This document shows positions 1 to 9,634 of a stretch of DNA of 64,000 bases, piece by piece. The DNA is from Myxococcota bacterium (GTDB lineage Bacteria > Myxococcota_A > Bradymonadia > UBA7976 > UBA1532). The stretch is taken from positions 9,086-73,085 of the forward strand of contig CAUJDF010000105.1 of assembly GCA_963169045.1 (NCBI GenBank). Reading direction: 5' to 3'. A program made the translations under genes and the position numbers. A model generated the notes under the pieces. The model was not told the origin of the DNA. It searched no databases and worked only from the letters and a program-made list of their open reading frames with translations. Numbering within the stretch: the stretch's first letter is position 1; each line of letters starts with the position of its first letter.

Positions 1-208
1 GAGGCCCAGGCCGGCGAGCACGGGCGGCGCGTCGGTGTGCCGCAGCAGCTCGGCGAGCGCGTCGAGGCGGCGATTCGTCTCGCGGACGCGCTCCGCCTCG
101 GCCAGCAGCGCCGCCGCGGTCGGCGGAAACCACGGCGGCCGCGCCTCGTCCGCCCGGCACACGGTCGCGCTCGCCCACACCGCCAACCCCGCGATCCATC
201 GACGCATG
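1..208 (-). CDS. Partial CDS: the N-terminus of a secreted protein (MRRWIAGLAVWASATVCRA|DEA...). The gene continues past the left edge of the window.
   Basis: ATG at about 206-208 on the minus strand, followed by a signal-peptide-like hydrophobic stretch. It is absent from the ORF table because it runs off the window. There is no clear SD. Confidence 0.35.
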
Positions 209-1020
209 GCGCGGAGCATACACGCGCGCCGCGGACGCCGCGCCGGCGGCGAGCGCTCCCGCTGCTGCTGGTCCTGGCGGCGTGCGACGACGCGCCGACC
301 GGCGAGGTCGCCGACGCGGGGGGTGCCCGACGCGGCGTGGTTCGAGGGCGAGCGCTACGTGCTGCCGCGGTCGCACGCCAACGGGGTGCGCCGCATCCGG
401 TTCACGTCGCCCGTGGAACCCGGCGCGGCGCTCGGCTTCGACCTCGACGGGCGCACGAGCGCGCGCGGCGACCCGGAGAGCTGCGGCCACGGCGACCTGC
501 GGGACCCCGACGGCCGCGAGGGCATCGACAACCAGCTCGCGAAGATCTGGGCGCAGCTCGAGCCGCGATGCCGGCGGCGCGCGGGGCGACGGCGCCGGCC
601 AGTTCTCGTTCGACGTGCCGAAGGGCCGCTGCGCGACCTGCGAGGGCGAGGGGGTCGTCAGCGTGGAGCTGCTCTTCATGCCCAGCGTCTACGCCCCGTG
701 CCCCGCCTGTCACGGCGCGCGGTACGACGCCCGCACGCTCGAGGTCACCTGGCGGGGCCGGATGATGGCCGGCGTGCTGGGGCTGACGGTCGACGACGCC
801 TGCGCGGAGTTCGCCGACGACCCGGCGGTGCTGCGCCCGTTGCGTCTGTTGCAGGACATCGGCGTCGGGTACCTGCGCCTCGGCCAGCCGGCCACGGAGC
901 TGTCGGGCGGCGAGGCGCAGCGCATCAAGCTCGCCACGGAGCCGCAGCGCCCGCGGCGCGACGACACCCTGTACGTGCTCGGCGAGCCGACGACGGGCCT
1001 GCATCCGGCGGACGTCCGCC
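206..1020 (+). pseudogene. Degenerate UvrA-like (excinuclease ABC subunit A C-terminal half) remnant. It is frameshifted across three frames, preceded by a lipoprotein-like N-terminus (RRRRALPLLLVLAACDD), and truncated after the TTGLHPADV motif.
   Basis: Frame 0 (590-1020) reads GQFSFDVPKGRCATCEGEGVV...LSGGEAQRIKLA...LGEPTTGLHPADV, which matches the UvrA C-terminal Zn-finger and ABC signature region. Frame 2 (330-590) reads DLDGRTSARGDP, a decayed counterpart of the UvrA IGRTPRSNP region, with the Walker A motif lost. Frame 1 (235-330) carries the lipobox. A 6-G run near 325 coincides with one of the frame switches. Confidence 0.5.
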
Positions 1021-1049
1021 CACGCCGGGCGCCCGCCGCGGGGCGCGCC

Positions 1050-1586
1050 GAGGACGGGGAGGCACGTCCCGCGGGTGCCTTCGCCGTCACAGGCTTCACA
1101 TTGGTCGGCGCACGACCGGTCGCAGCAGACGCCGTCGGCGCAGGCGCCGCTGGCGCACTCTCGCGGCGACGCGCACGGTTCGCCGTCCCTGCGCAGGGGC
1201 GCGCAGGCGCCCGCATCGCAAGAGTGGCCCGCCGCGCAGTCGGCGTTCTCGCGAAAGTCCTCGCGGCACGCCGAATCCCCACACGCGTATGCGCCGCGGT
1301 CACGCGCGGGCGCGGCCGGGCAGTCGGCCGCCTCGCCGTCCCACGCCATGGCCGTCGACGCGACGCCGTCGACGCACGCGGCGGGCCGGCACGCGGTGCC
1401 CGCCGCGCGGCGCGCGTCGGCGGGGCAGGTCTTCGCGGCGCCGTCGCACGCTTCGGTGCCCGTCGCAGCGCTCTTCGACGTCGCACGGGCCTCCGGCCTC
1501 GCGGCACGGCACGTCGGCCGCCTGTACGACGTCGCCGGGGCATGCCATCGCGGTCCCGTCACAGAACTCGGGGAAGTCGCATGCAT
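1050..1586 (-). pseudogene. Possible remnant of a Cys-rich secreted-protein domain (CASPRECASGACADGVCCDRSCADQCEACDGEGTRGTC). It has no signal peptide and no stop in frame.
   Basis: GC3-rich codons and a cysteine spacing typical of myxobacterial extracellular Cys-rich modules. It sits inside a long stop-free minus ORF (402..1586) whose remainder is Arg/Ala-rich noise. Confidence 0.25.
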
Positions 1587-1661
1587 CCGTCGCCCGCCGG
1601 CACGGGGCGCCGGCGGGTCGGGGGCGTCATCCGGGCAGGACTTGCGCGGCGGCGTGGGGGC

Positions 1662-2087
1662 TCAGCCGCCGAACATCTGCTGCGCCTTCTCCTCGTCCCA
1701 GTACATCACCTCCCAGTGGTGGCCTTCCGGGTCGTAGAAGCTCCAGGCGTACATGAAGCCGTGGTCCTGCGCGTCCATCGCGGGCCGGCCGCCATTCTCG
1801 ACGGCGGTCTTCACCATGCGATCGACCTCCTCGCGGCTCTCGCAGGAGAACGCGAAGAGCGCCTCGGTGTGGGTCGAGGTGTCGCAAATCTGCCGCTTCG
1901 TGAAGTTCTTGAAGTGGGCTTCGGTGAGGAACATCACGAAGCCGTCCTCGCTGAGGGGCATGCAGGCGGCGTCGTCGTTCGTGAAGCGCGGGTCGTACCC
2001 GAAGCCGAGCTTCGCGAAGAAGTCCTTGGTGCGCGGCAGGTCTTTCACGCACAGATTGATGAAGACCTTGCGGGATCTGGCGGCCAT
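1662..2087 (-). CDS. VOC (glyoxalase/bleomycin-resistance/dioxygenase) family protein, 141 aa.
   Basis: MAARSRKVFINLCVKDLPRTKDFFAKLGFGYDPRF... has the typical VOC fold N-terminus. A strong SD (AAAGGAGGG) sits upstream. It lies 53 bp downstream of the sigma factor gene on the same strand. Confidence 0.85.
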   Translation of the reverse strand: MAARSRKVFINLCVKDLPRTKDFFAKLGFGYDPRFTNDDAACMPLSEDGFVMFLTEAHFKNFTKRQICDTSTHTEALFAFSCESREEVDRMVKTAVENGGRPAMDAQDHGFMYAWSFYDPEGHHWEVMYWDEEKAQQMFGG

Positions 2088-2140
2088 GGGGCCCTCCTTT
2101 CGGGTGGTTCCGGACGGTAGACGGCCCACGCCGCCCGGAC

Positions 2141-3100
2141 TCATCGGTCGTCGGCGAAGTTTCTCGCGAGCGGCAGGCCGAAGCGGGGGAACAGCGCCTC
2201 GACGTCGAGGAACGCGTTCCAGGCGGCGATGCGGTCCCCGCGCAGCTCGAGCACGAGGAGGGCCCACGCGCGGTGGCCCCCGTCCGCCGCCGCGCGGTAC
2301 TGGGCGAAGGCCGGCGACCCGCAGGCGGCGGTCGGCACGAGGCGCGATCCGCGGCAGCCGGCGCCCCGGCCGGCGAGCCACGCGGCGATGTCCGCCGGAC
2401 CCTGCAGCCACAGCGGGAACGGCGGCATCGAGAGCGTCGCGTCCTCGTGCAGCAGGCCGGCGAGCGCGTCGACGTCGTACCGCTCGAAGGCGGCCACGTA
2501 GCGGTCGAGCAGCGTCGACTGCGCGTCGGTCAGCGCGTCCGCCGCCGGCTCGAGGGCGCGGGCGGCCAGCGTCGCCCGGGCGCGCTGCAGGGCGCTGTTC
2601 ACGGCGGCGACCGTCGTGTCGAGGCCCTCCGCCACCTCGGCCACGGACCAGCCGAGGACCTCGGTCAGGAGGAGCGCCGCCCGCTGCTTCGGCGGCAGGT
2701 GCTGCAGCGCGGCCACGAACGCCAGCCGGATGCTCTGGCGCAGCGCCACGAGCGCCGCGGGATCGGCGTCGCCGGGCAGGGCGTGCGCGTCGGGGATCGG
2801 CTCGATCCAGCGCTCCGCCGGCAGCGGGACGAGCGTGTCATCGACGGTGCCCGCGGGGCCGAGCGCCATCGGGCGCTCGCGCCGGGAGCGCGCTTCGAGC
2901 GCGTCGAGACACACGCGCGTCGCGATGCGGTACAGCCACGTGCGCAGCGAGGCGCGCGCCTCGAACCGGTCGAGGCTGCGCCACGCGCGCACCATCGTCT
3001 CCTGGACGGCGTCGTCGGCCTCGGCGACCGAGCCGAGCATGCGGTAGCAGTGCCCGGTCAGCGCGCCGCGGTGCGTCTCGAGGTGCTCGGCGGTGACCAC
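2141..3100 (-). CDS. ECF sigma factor, ECF41 (SigJ-like) group, with a SnoaL-like C-terminal extension, 319 aa.
   Basis: Region 2 ([31 protein letters not shown]) and region 4 ([40 protein letters not shown]) are present. The ECF41 linker motif ([10 protein letters not shown], the YVGPWLPEP-like motif) and the C-terminal DGGHRA / NAFLD motifs are also present. A GTG start is inferred; the upstream 3100..4684 part of the table ORF is spurious. Confidence 0.85.
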   Translation of the reverse strand: MVTAEHLETHRGALTGHCYRMLGSVAEADDAVQETMVRAWRSLDRFEARASLRTWLYRIATRVCLDALEARSRRERPMALGPAGTVDDTLVPLPAERWIEPIPDAHALPGDADPAALVALRQSIRLAFVAALQHLPPKQRAALLLTEVLGWSVAEVAEGLDTTVAAVNSALQRARATLAARALEPAADALTDAQSTLLDRYVAAFERYDVDALAGLLHEDATLSMPPFPLWLQGPADIAAWLAGRGAGCRGSRLVPTAACGSPAFAQYRAAADGGHRAWALLVLELRGDRIAAWNAFLDVEALFPRFGLPLARNFADDR

Positions 3101-3478
3101 CGCGCGGAACGTATCAGGTCCTTCCCGTAGCGGAAAGCGGGCACCCGCGGATCTGACTAGACGGCGTCCGCCCGGTTGGACCATCATGTGCCTCATGTGG
3201 CCGCGACGCGACGACTGCGTCAGGTCGCGAACGGCGAGCTGCTTCTGCCTCGCCGCGGCCGTCGTCGCCTCGCCCGACGCCTGCGCCTGCAGCCACCGCC
3301 CCAAGCCGTTCGAGCTGCTCGCCGCGCCCGGCGACGTGTTCCCGGCGAACCCGCAGCTCGTGATCCGCAATGAGACGTTCCGGCCGAGACGGCGGCCAGC
3401 TTCCCTCGTGTCCGAGGGGGGAGAATCCGGTATCTCCATCCGCACCGCGCCATGGCGCTCCGGCCCGAAGGTCGTCAC

Positions 3479-4660
3479 ATGAAGCCGAACGTTCGACTGC
3501 TTCCGCTCGTCATCGCGCTCGCGGCGTGCGGCGGCGAGGACGCCGCGGGTCGAGACGGCGGCGCGGCGGCGTCGCCCGACGGCGGACGGCCCGGCGACGC
3601 GCGGGTGGTGCCGGCGCCGGACGCCCGCGTCGCCGACGCCGCCGCGGTCGACGCCTCCGCGGTCGACGCCTCCGGCCGCGACGCCGCGCCCGCCGACGCC
3701 GCCGCGCCCGCCGACGCCGCCGCGCCCGCCGACGCCGCGCCCGCCGACGCCGCGCCGTCGCCCCCGGACGCGCGCGTCGAACCGGCCTGCCTCCCAAGCC
3801 CGCTCACCGGCACCTGGACGGGGGACGCGCACGCCACGGCGGACTGCGGCCCGTACGTGTTCGGGCGCGCCGACATCACGGGCGACCTGGTCGTCGACGA
3901 GGGCGTCGTCGTGCGCTTCGACGCGCTCACGACCGTCGCCGGCGACCTCCGCGTCGGACCCGGCGCCCGCCTGCTCTGCGTGTCCGGCGTGCCTACGAAC
4001 GCCGGCTTCCTGCGCGTGGAAGGCGCGAGCGCGGTGCGCGGCACGGGCGAGGCGCCGGTCGTCTTCGCGCGCGACGAGGTCGGCGGCGCGAACAACGGCT
4101 GCCTGGTGAACCTGGGCGCCGCCGACGTCGACCACGCGCGCTTCGCGTCGACGCCGGCGACGTTCGGCCCCGGCAGCAGCGTCCACGACTCGGTGTTCGA
4201 CCCGTCCGGCAACGAGGGCGACCGGACGTGGCTCAACGTGAGCCCCGGCACCGTGCTCGAGCACGATCGGTTCACGCGGGCGCAGATCCGGGGGCGCGGG
4301 TTCGTCGCGCGCTTCAACCACTTCGACGGTGTCGGCGACGAGACGTCGATCGAGATCTGCCAGCGCTGCGGCGACGGCGCCGACGCCTGCACCGGCACGC
4401 GCGCCGAGTCCGCCGACGTGGTCGTGACCGACAACGTCTTCGACACCGACCCGGACGACTCGGTGTTTCGCCTGGGCCGCACCTTCGGCGAGACGACGCT
4501 CCCGAACAACTACTTCTCGCGGGGGCGGCCGGATCGCCCCGACGCCTGGAGGGGCGCCCCGCGCGGCTGCGCCGACGACGAGCTCGGCGCGTATGGCGGC
4601 CCGCTCCACCTGACGCCGGTGGCCGCGGACCCGCCCGCCGTCTACGGACCGCGCCCCTGA
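3479..4660 (+). CDS. Lipoprotein with an Ala/Asp/Pro-rich linker and a probable beta-helix-like domain, 393 aa.
   Basis: [19 protein letters not shown] has a lipobox. An (AAPADA)n low-complexity linker comes from 18-bp DNA repeats at about 3688-3760. It is divergent from the ECF41 gene. Confidence 0.7.
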   Translation: MKPNVRLLPLVIALAACGGEDAAGRDGGAAASPDGGRPGDARVVPAPDARVADAAAVDASAVDASGRDAAPADAAAPADAAAPADAAPADAAPSPPDARVEPACLPSPLTGTWTGDAHATADCGPYVFGRADITGDLVVDEGVVVRFDALTTVAGDLRVGPGARLLCVSGVPTNAGFLRVEGASAVRGTGEAPVVFARDEVGGANNGCLVNLGAADVDHARFASTPATFGPGSSVHDSVFDPSGNEGDRTWLNVSPGTVLEHDRFTRAQIRGRGFVARFNHFDGVGDETSIEICQRCGDGADACTGTRAESADVVVTDNVFDTDPDDSVFRLGRTFGETTLPNNYFSRGRPDRPDAWRGAPRGCADDELGAYGGPLHLTPVAADPPAVYGPRP

Positions 4661-4900
4661 CGGGCGGGCCGCGACCGGCGACATCCCCTCGCTGGGCCTG
4701 GAGGGCGCCTATCCCCAGGCGACGTGCGTCGTCGGCTGCCAGACCCTGCTCGCCGAGTCCGATCGCTTCTTCGGGAGCAACGCGGCCGCTCCGCCCTATC
4801 CGTGGGCGCCGCCCGCGCTGCTCGGTCGGCGCGGCCGGTACGCCGTCTTCGCCGTGGGCGCCGGGCGGCGCGTGCGCGTCGGGCGCATCGGCCATTCGGA

Positions 4901-5824
4901 TCAGGCGGGGGCGTACAGCGGCGTGCTCAGGTACTTCATCCCGGAGTCGACCGCCACGGTCACGACCGTGTGACCGGATCCCAGGCGCGCCGCGATGCGC
5001 AGCGCCGCCGCCACGTTCGCGCCGGTCGAGGTGCCTGCGAAGAGGCCCTCCTCGCGGGCGAGCCGGCGCGCCGTCGTCATGGCTTCCGCCGTCGACACGG
5101 TCTGGATTTCGTCGGCGAGCCCTTCGGTCCACAGGGGCACCACGAACCCGGGGCCGGTGCCTTCGATGCCGTGGGAGCCGCTCGGGCGGCCCGACAGCAC
5201 CGCCGACTCCTCGGGCTCGACGGCGACGATGCGCACGCCGTCGTCGTGGGCCCGCAGACGCGTGGAGAGGCCCCGCAGGGACCCGCCCGTGCCGACGATC
5301 TGGACGAAGGCGCTCACCCGTCCGTCCGTCTGCTCCCGGATCTCCTCGGCCATCTTCTCGTAGCTGGGCAGGACGTCCCGGTTGTTGAACTGGTCCGTCC
5401 AGTAGCTCCCCGGGGCGGCGGCCAGGCGCCGGGCCGTCTCGATCATCTCGAGCGTCAGCGCCTTCGTCGTCCCGCCCGTGGGGCTGGGCACGAGGGTGAG
5501 GCGCGCCCCCAGCGCGGCCATGTGATTCCGCTTCTCGCTGCTGAACGCGTCCGACGTCACGATGTGCAGCGGGATGCGCTTCGCGGCGCACACGAAGGCC
5601 AGCGACACGCCCGTGCTCCCGCCCGTGTACTCGACCACGGAGCCGCCCGGCCGCAAGCGCCCGTCCGCCTCGGCCGCCGACACCATGGCGAGCGCCATGC
5701 GGTCCTTCATGCTTCCCGTCGGATTCTCGTACTCGAGCTTGACGAGGATCCGGGCGCTCCGCGCCGGGACGAGATGCCGCAGCGGAACCAGTCTCGTCCG
5801 CCCGATGGTGTCGAGCACGCTCAT
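4901..5824 (-). CDS. cysK: Cysteine synthase / O-acetylserine sulfhydrylase family PLP enzyme.
   Basis: The SMKDR PLP-lysine motif and the glycine-rich TGGS / GTGGS loops are present. The full-length 307-aa ORF is GC3-rich. Confidence 0.9.
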   Translation of the reverse strand: MSVLDTIGRTRLVPLRHLVPARSARILVKLEYENPTGSMKDRMALAMVSAAEADGRLRPGGSVVEYTGGSTGVSLAFVCAAKRIPLHIVTSDAFSSEKRNHMAALGARLTLVPSPTGGTTKALTLEMIETARRLAAAPGSYWTDQFNNRDVLPSYEKMAEEIREQTDGRVSAFVQIVGTGGSLRGLSTRLRAHDDGVRIVAVEPEESAVLSGRPSGSHGIEGTGPGFVVPLWTEGLADEIQTVSTAEAMTTARRLAREEGLFAGTSTGANVAAALRIAARLGSGHTVVTVAVDSGMKYLSTPLYAPA

Positions 5825-5920
5825 GCCTCACCCCCGCCCGGGTTCGATCGGGCCCGAGCATACATCGCGCCCGCCGGTCGCCGCCTCGGAGACCGGGCCT
5901 CGACGCTGGGCAATCGCACC

Positions 5921-6392
5921 TCACGACCCGAGTAGGACGCGAGTAAGGGAGTCCCTGTCCCACCAGGCACGGCGGCGTTTCGTGGCGATGCCGACCTTGC
6001 GGGACGTGTCCTTCTTCAGCAGGGCGAGAGCGACGCGGCGCAATGCCGCGAGATTGAGGGCGGAGTTGTCGCGGCGGACGCGGGAGCGGTCCTCGATGGT
6101 CCGCGCAATCTCGCGCTGGGTCCCGATCGAGCCAGCGCCCGAGCCGACTCGAGAGTTCAACGGCGTCGACCCTCCGGAAGACGCGGCCGAGCGTGTCGTG
6201 CGACGGGATGCCGTTCGGCAGCTCGAGGGACTCACGAAGCCACTTCTCGTTGGCGTCGCCGAACTCCTCGACGACGACCCAGTTGTCAGCGCCCCCGAGC
6301 GTGGCGATGAGCGCCCGCAGCACGATATCGGTCAGCTTGTGCAGCTTCGTGCGGTCGACGCGCGGGTCGGGGAGGTCCTCCAGGAAGGACAC
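5921..6392 (-). mobile_element. ISAs1-family transposase remnant. An N-terminal ~89 aa and a C-terminal ~70 aa are joined out of frame, so ~200 internal codons are deleted.
   Basis: The N-terminal part MSFLEDLPDPRVDRTKLHKLTDIVLRALIATLGG...NGIPSHDTLGRVF is the ISAs1/H-repeat signature. The C-terminal part NLAALRRVALALLKKDTSRKVGIATKRRRAWWDRDSLTRVLL is the ISAs1 C-terminus. The frames differ and the junction is at about 6126-6130. Confidence 0.7.
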
Positions 6393-6587
6393 GATGTGGA
6401 TGACGTCGTCGTTGCCGCTGCGACCGGTGCTCCTGGGCCTCTCCGCCCGGCCGCAAGTTCAGCGCGTGTCCGAGCCCCGGTCGTCGATCACGATCGACGT
6501 GCCACGTCAATGACGTTTCGATGCGGTCGCCCCCTCGCTGGCAAGGTGACCAGGACAGTCGGGGGGTCAACTGTCTACCATGGGGGC

Positions 6588-6815
6588 ATGGTCCGCAACG
6601 CCCTCCACCTGCTCGCCTTCGTCGCGCCGTGGCTCCTCGTGAACCGTGTGCTGGGGGTGAACCTCGCCGCCTGCGTCCTGCGCCAGGCGACGACGGGTGA
6701 CTGCCCCACCGACCAGGGCACGCTCGGCCTCGTGGCGTTCGCCGCCGCGGTGGTGGTCAGCGGCGCGACGTTCGCCCACTGGCTGCTGACGAACGACCGG
6801 CGCACGGCGTCGTAG
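6588..6815 (+). CDS. Small hypothetical membrane protein (75 aa, 2 TM helices).
   Basis: MVRNALHLLAFVAPWLLVNRVLG...GLVAFAAAVVVSGATFAHWLL. It is the in-frame tail of table ORF 5562..6815, with a G-rich stretch before the ATG. Confidence 0.4.
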   Translation: MVRNALHLLAFVAPWLLVNRVLGVNLAACVLRQATTGDCPTDQGTLGLVAFAAAVVVSGATFAHWLLTNDRRTAS

Positions 6816-6898
6816 GGGGTCGTGACGGCGCCGACGGCGCCCGCGGCATTGCCGAACGGCCTCGCCGCCATCGGTTTTCGCTGTAGCATGCGGGCCCG

Positions 6899-8470
6899 AT
6901 GCAGTCGTCCGTCCCGGTGCTGATCGGCCTGATCGTCGCGGCCACGCTGATGGCCATGGCCGCCAAGCGCATGCGCCTGCCGTACAGCGTGGCGCTCGTC
7001 GCCGGCGGCATGGCGATCGCCGTCTCGGGGCTGCTGCCCGTCGTGCCCCGGCTGGCGCCGGAGACGGTGTTCCTCGTGTGTCTGCCCGCGCTGCTCTTCG
7101 AGGGCGGCATCTCCGCCGACGTGCAGGGCATCCGCGCCAACGCCATCCCGATCGCCGTGCTGGCGGTGGTCGGCACCGGGATCGCCATCGGCGTGACCGC
7201 CGTCGCGCTGCACGCGTTCCTCGACCTGCCGTGGATCGCCGCGCTGTTGCTGGCGGCGCTGATGGGGGGCACCGATACCGTCTCGATTTTGTTCACCTTT
7301 CGGCGTCTCGTCGTGCCGTCGCGCCTGTCGGGCATCATGTCGGGCGAGACGCTCTTCAATGACGGCGCCACGCTCGTCGCCTACGCGGCGATCGCCGGCG
7401 TGCTGACCGAGGGGGTCGCGCCCGCGCCGGGGCCGATGGCCGGCGGACTCCTGTGGAGCACGGTCGGCGGCGCCGCCATCGGCCTGGCGCTGGCGGCGGT
7501 CGGCAGCATGTTGGTCCGCCGCACCGAGGATCCGCTCGCCGAGCTCATGGCCACGACGGCGATCGCCTATGGCGCCTACACCGCCGCCAACGAGGTCGGC
7601 GTCTCGGGGGCCATCGCCGCGGTCTCGGCGGGTCTGGTCGTCGGTGCGACCGCGCGCGCGCACCTGCCGCCGCAGAGCCGCATCGCGCTGTCCAGCTTCT
7701 GGGAGTACGTGGCCTTCGGCGTGAACACGTTCCTGTTCCTGCTGATCGGCCTCAGCACCGATCCGGTGTCGATCGGCAGCCACATCGGCGAGATCCTCGC
7801 CGGCTTCGCGTGCGTCCTCGGCGGCCGGGCGGCGGCGATCTACGTGCCGTTCCTCTTCGTGCGCTGGCTGCGCCCCGCTCACTGGGTGCCGATGCGCTGG
7901 CAGCACGTGTTCGTGTACGGGAACATCAAGGGCGCGCTGGCCGTGGCGCTCGCGCTGGGTCTGCCGCCCGAGACGCCCGAGCGGCAGGTCCTGGTCGACG
8001 TGGCCTTCGGCGTGAGCTTCGTCTCGCTGGTCTTCCAGGGCTCGACGCTGCCGGTGGTCGTGCGCTGGCTGGGGCTGTCGCTCCACGACCCGGTCGCGCT
8101 GGGGCTCGGCGAGCAACAGGCGCGACTCGTCGCCGCGCGGGCGGCGCGCCAGGAGCTCGACCAGCTGTTCGCGTCGGGCCTCGTGCCGCGGTCCGGCTAC
8201 GATCAGCTGCGCAGCGACTACCAGGTGGAGATCGCGCGGGCGGAGCGCACGCTGCGCAGCCTGCACGAGCGCCATCTGGCCCACGGCGCGATGCTGCTGC
8301 TCGCCACGCGGCGGCGGCTCGTCGACGCCGAGCGGACGGCTGTCGGCGCGGCGCAGCGGGCAGGGCTGGTGCCGACCGACGCCGCGGACCGCGTCCTGGC
8401 GGAGCTGGACGACGAAGTGCTGCGCATCGAGCGGGTGCTGGCCGGCGAAGCGCCGACGGAGGGGAGATGA
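6899..8470 (+). CDS. nhaP: Na+/H+ (cation:proton) antiporter, CPA1/NhaP-type.
   Basis: About 12 TM helices. CPA1 motifs are present (e.g. FLFLLIG, the NDG region ETLFNDGATLV), with a cytoplasmic C-terminal tail. Confidence 0.85.
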   Translation: MQSSVPVLIGLIVAATLMAMAAKRMRLPYSVALVAGGMAIAVSGLLPVVPRLAPETVFLVCLPALLFEGGISADVQGIRANAIPIAVLAVVGTGIAIGVTAVALHAFLDLPWIAALLLAALMGGTDTVSILFTFRRLVVPSRLSGIMSGETLFNDGATLVAYAAIAGVLTEGVAPAPGPMAGGLLWSTVGGAAIGLALAAVGSMLVRRTEDPLAELMATTAIAYGAYTAANEVGVSGAIAAVSAGLVVGATARAHLPPQSRIALSSFWEYVAFGVNTFLFLLIGLSTDPVSIGSHIGEILAGFACVLGGRAAAIYVPFLFVRWLRPAHWVPMRWQHVFVYGNIKGALAVALALGLPPETPERQVLVDVAFGVSFVSLVFQGSTLPVVVRWLGLSLHDPVALGLGEQQARLVAARAARQELDQLFASGLVPRSGYDQLRSDYQVEIARAERTLRSLHERHLAHGAMLLLATRRRLVDAERTAVGAAQRAGLVPTDAADRVLAELDDEVLRIERVLAGEAPTEGR

Positions 8471-9612
8471 AGATCGTGATCGCCGGCGGCGGGCGCATCG
8501 GGCGCGTGCTCGCCGCCCGCCTCGTGGCCGATCGCCACGCCGTCACCGTCATCGACAGCAGCCGCGAGGTCTGCGAACGCGTGTTCGACGATGTCGGGGC
8601 GGTCACCGTCTGCGGGGACGGCACCGACGCGCGCATCCTCGAGCGGGCCGGCATGCGCACCGCCGAGGTCGCCGCCGGCCTGCTGCCGCGCGACGCCGAC
8701 AACCTGGCGTTCGCGACGCTCACCCGATCGCTGTCGAGCGCGCGCGTGATGGTGCGCATGTTGGACGACAGCTACGCCGACGCCTACCGCCTCGCCGGCG
8801 TCCGCGAGATCATCCCCGAGGCCGACGTGGTCGTCGCCAAGATGGCGACTGCCATCGAGTTTCCGCAGGTGCTCAGCTCGATGCCGCTCGGGCTCGGCGA
8901 CGCGCTCCTGTTCGAGGCCGTGATCTCGCCCCGCTCGGCGGCGGCCAACCTGACGGTGCGCGCGGCGCGCGAGCTGCCCGGGCTGCCCGCCGACTGCCTG
9001 TTCGTCGGGCTCGTCGACCGCGAGGGCCACGTGGAGCTGCCCACCGGCCTCAGCGTGCTGCGGTCCGGCCACGTCGCGATCGTCATCGCCCGTCGCCCCC
9101 ACGTCGCGGCGGTCCTCGCCTGCCTCGCCACGCCGGTGGAGGGCCGCGCGCCCGACGCGGCGCTGGCCGCCACCTTGCGCCAGCTCGACTTCTTCGCGCC
9201 GCTCAGCGACGAGGAGCTCGCCGAGATCCTGCGCGGGATCGAGCTCATGCACGTCGAGGCGGAGCAGTCGATCTATGCCCGCGGCGCGTCGAGCGACGCG
9301 CTGTACATCGTGCTCACCGGTGAGGTGGAGCTCGTCGACGACGGGGGCCGCGTGCACGCGAGAGGCGGGCCCGGCGGCCTGTTCGGGGAGACGGCGCTGA
9401 TGACCGGCGGGACGCGCGCCACGAGCGCGCGCGCCGCGTCGCGCTGCGAGCTGGTCGTCGTCGGCCGCGAGGACTTCGCGCACGTGGCGATGGCCAATCC
9501 GGCGGTGGCGCTCGAGATGACGCGGCAGCTCGGACGGCGGCTCGCCGAGACGATGCAGCCTCCGGCGAAGAAGCAGCGCACCGGACTCTTCGGGCGCCGG
9601 CGCAACGCGTGA
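8467..9612 (+). CDS. RCK (TrkA-N + TrkA-C) regulatory protein fused to a cyclic-nucleotide-binding (CAP-effector) domain, 381 aa.
   Basis: MKIVIAGGGRIGRVLA is a Rossmann GxGxxG motif. The C-terminal cNMP phosphate-binding cassette reads GGLFGETALMTGGTRATSARAA. The ATG overlaps the nhaP stop (ATGA), and SD GGAGGGGAG precedes it. Confidence 0.8.
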   Translation: MKIVIAGGGRIGRVLAARLVADRHAVTVIDSSREVCERVFDDVGAVTVCGDGTDARILERAGMRTAEVAAGLLPRDADNLAFATLTRSLSSARVMVRMLDDSYADAYRLAGVREIIPEADVVVAKMATAIEFPQVLSSMPLGLGDALLFEAVISPRSAAANLTVRAARELPGLPADCLFVGLVDREGHVELPTGLSVLRSGHVAIVIARRPHVAAVLACLATPVEGRAPDAALAATLRQLDFFAPLSDEELAEILRGIELMHVEAEQSIYARGASSDALYIVLTGEVELVDDGGRVHARGGPGGLFGETALMTGGTRATSARAASRCELVVVGREDFAHVAMANPAVALEMTRQLGRRLAETMQPPAKKQRTGLFGRRRNA

Positions 9613-9634
9613 TGGGGAGCGGGTCGGCGTCGCG

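Noticed and set aside
3101-3478. Anti-sigma factor gene between the ECF sigma and the lipoprotein
   Set aside because: Candidate ORFs (3093..3482 +, 3176..3373 +) are Arg/Pro-rich without TM or zinc-finger anti-sigma features. ECF41 sigmas typically lack a separate anti-sigma factor.
3100-4684. N-terminal 500 aa of table ORF 2141..4684 (minus)
   Set aside because: It is Arg/Gly-rich noise antisense to the 3479..4660 lipoprotein. The real ECF sigma factor starts at about 3100.
4314-5920. Downstream part of the 692-aa minus ORF 4314..6392
   Set aside because: Only the first about 89 codons (the ISAs1 N-terminus) are meaningful. The rest is antisense to cysK and Arg-rich.
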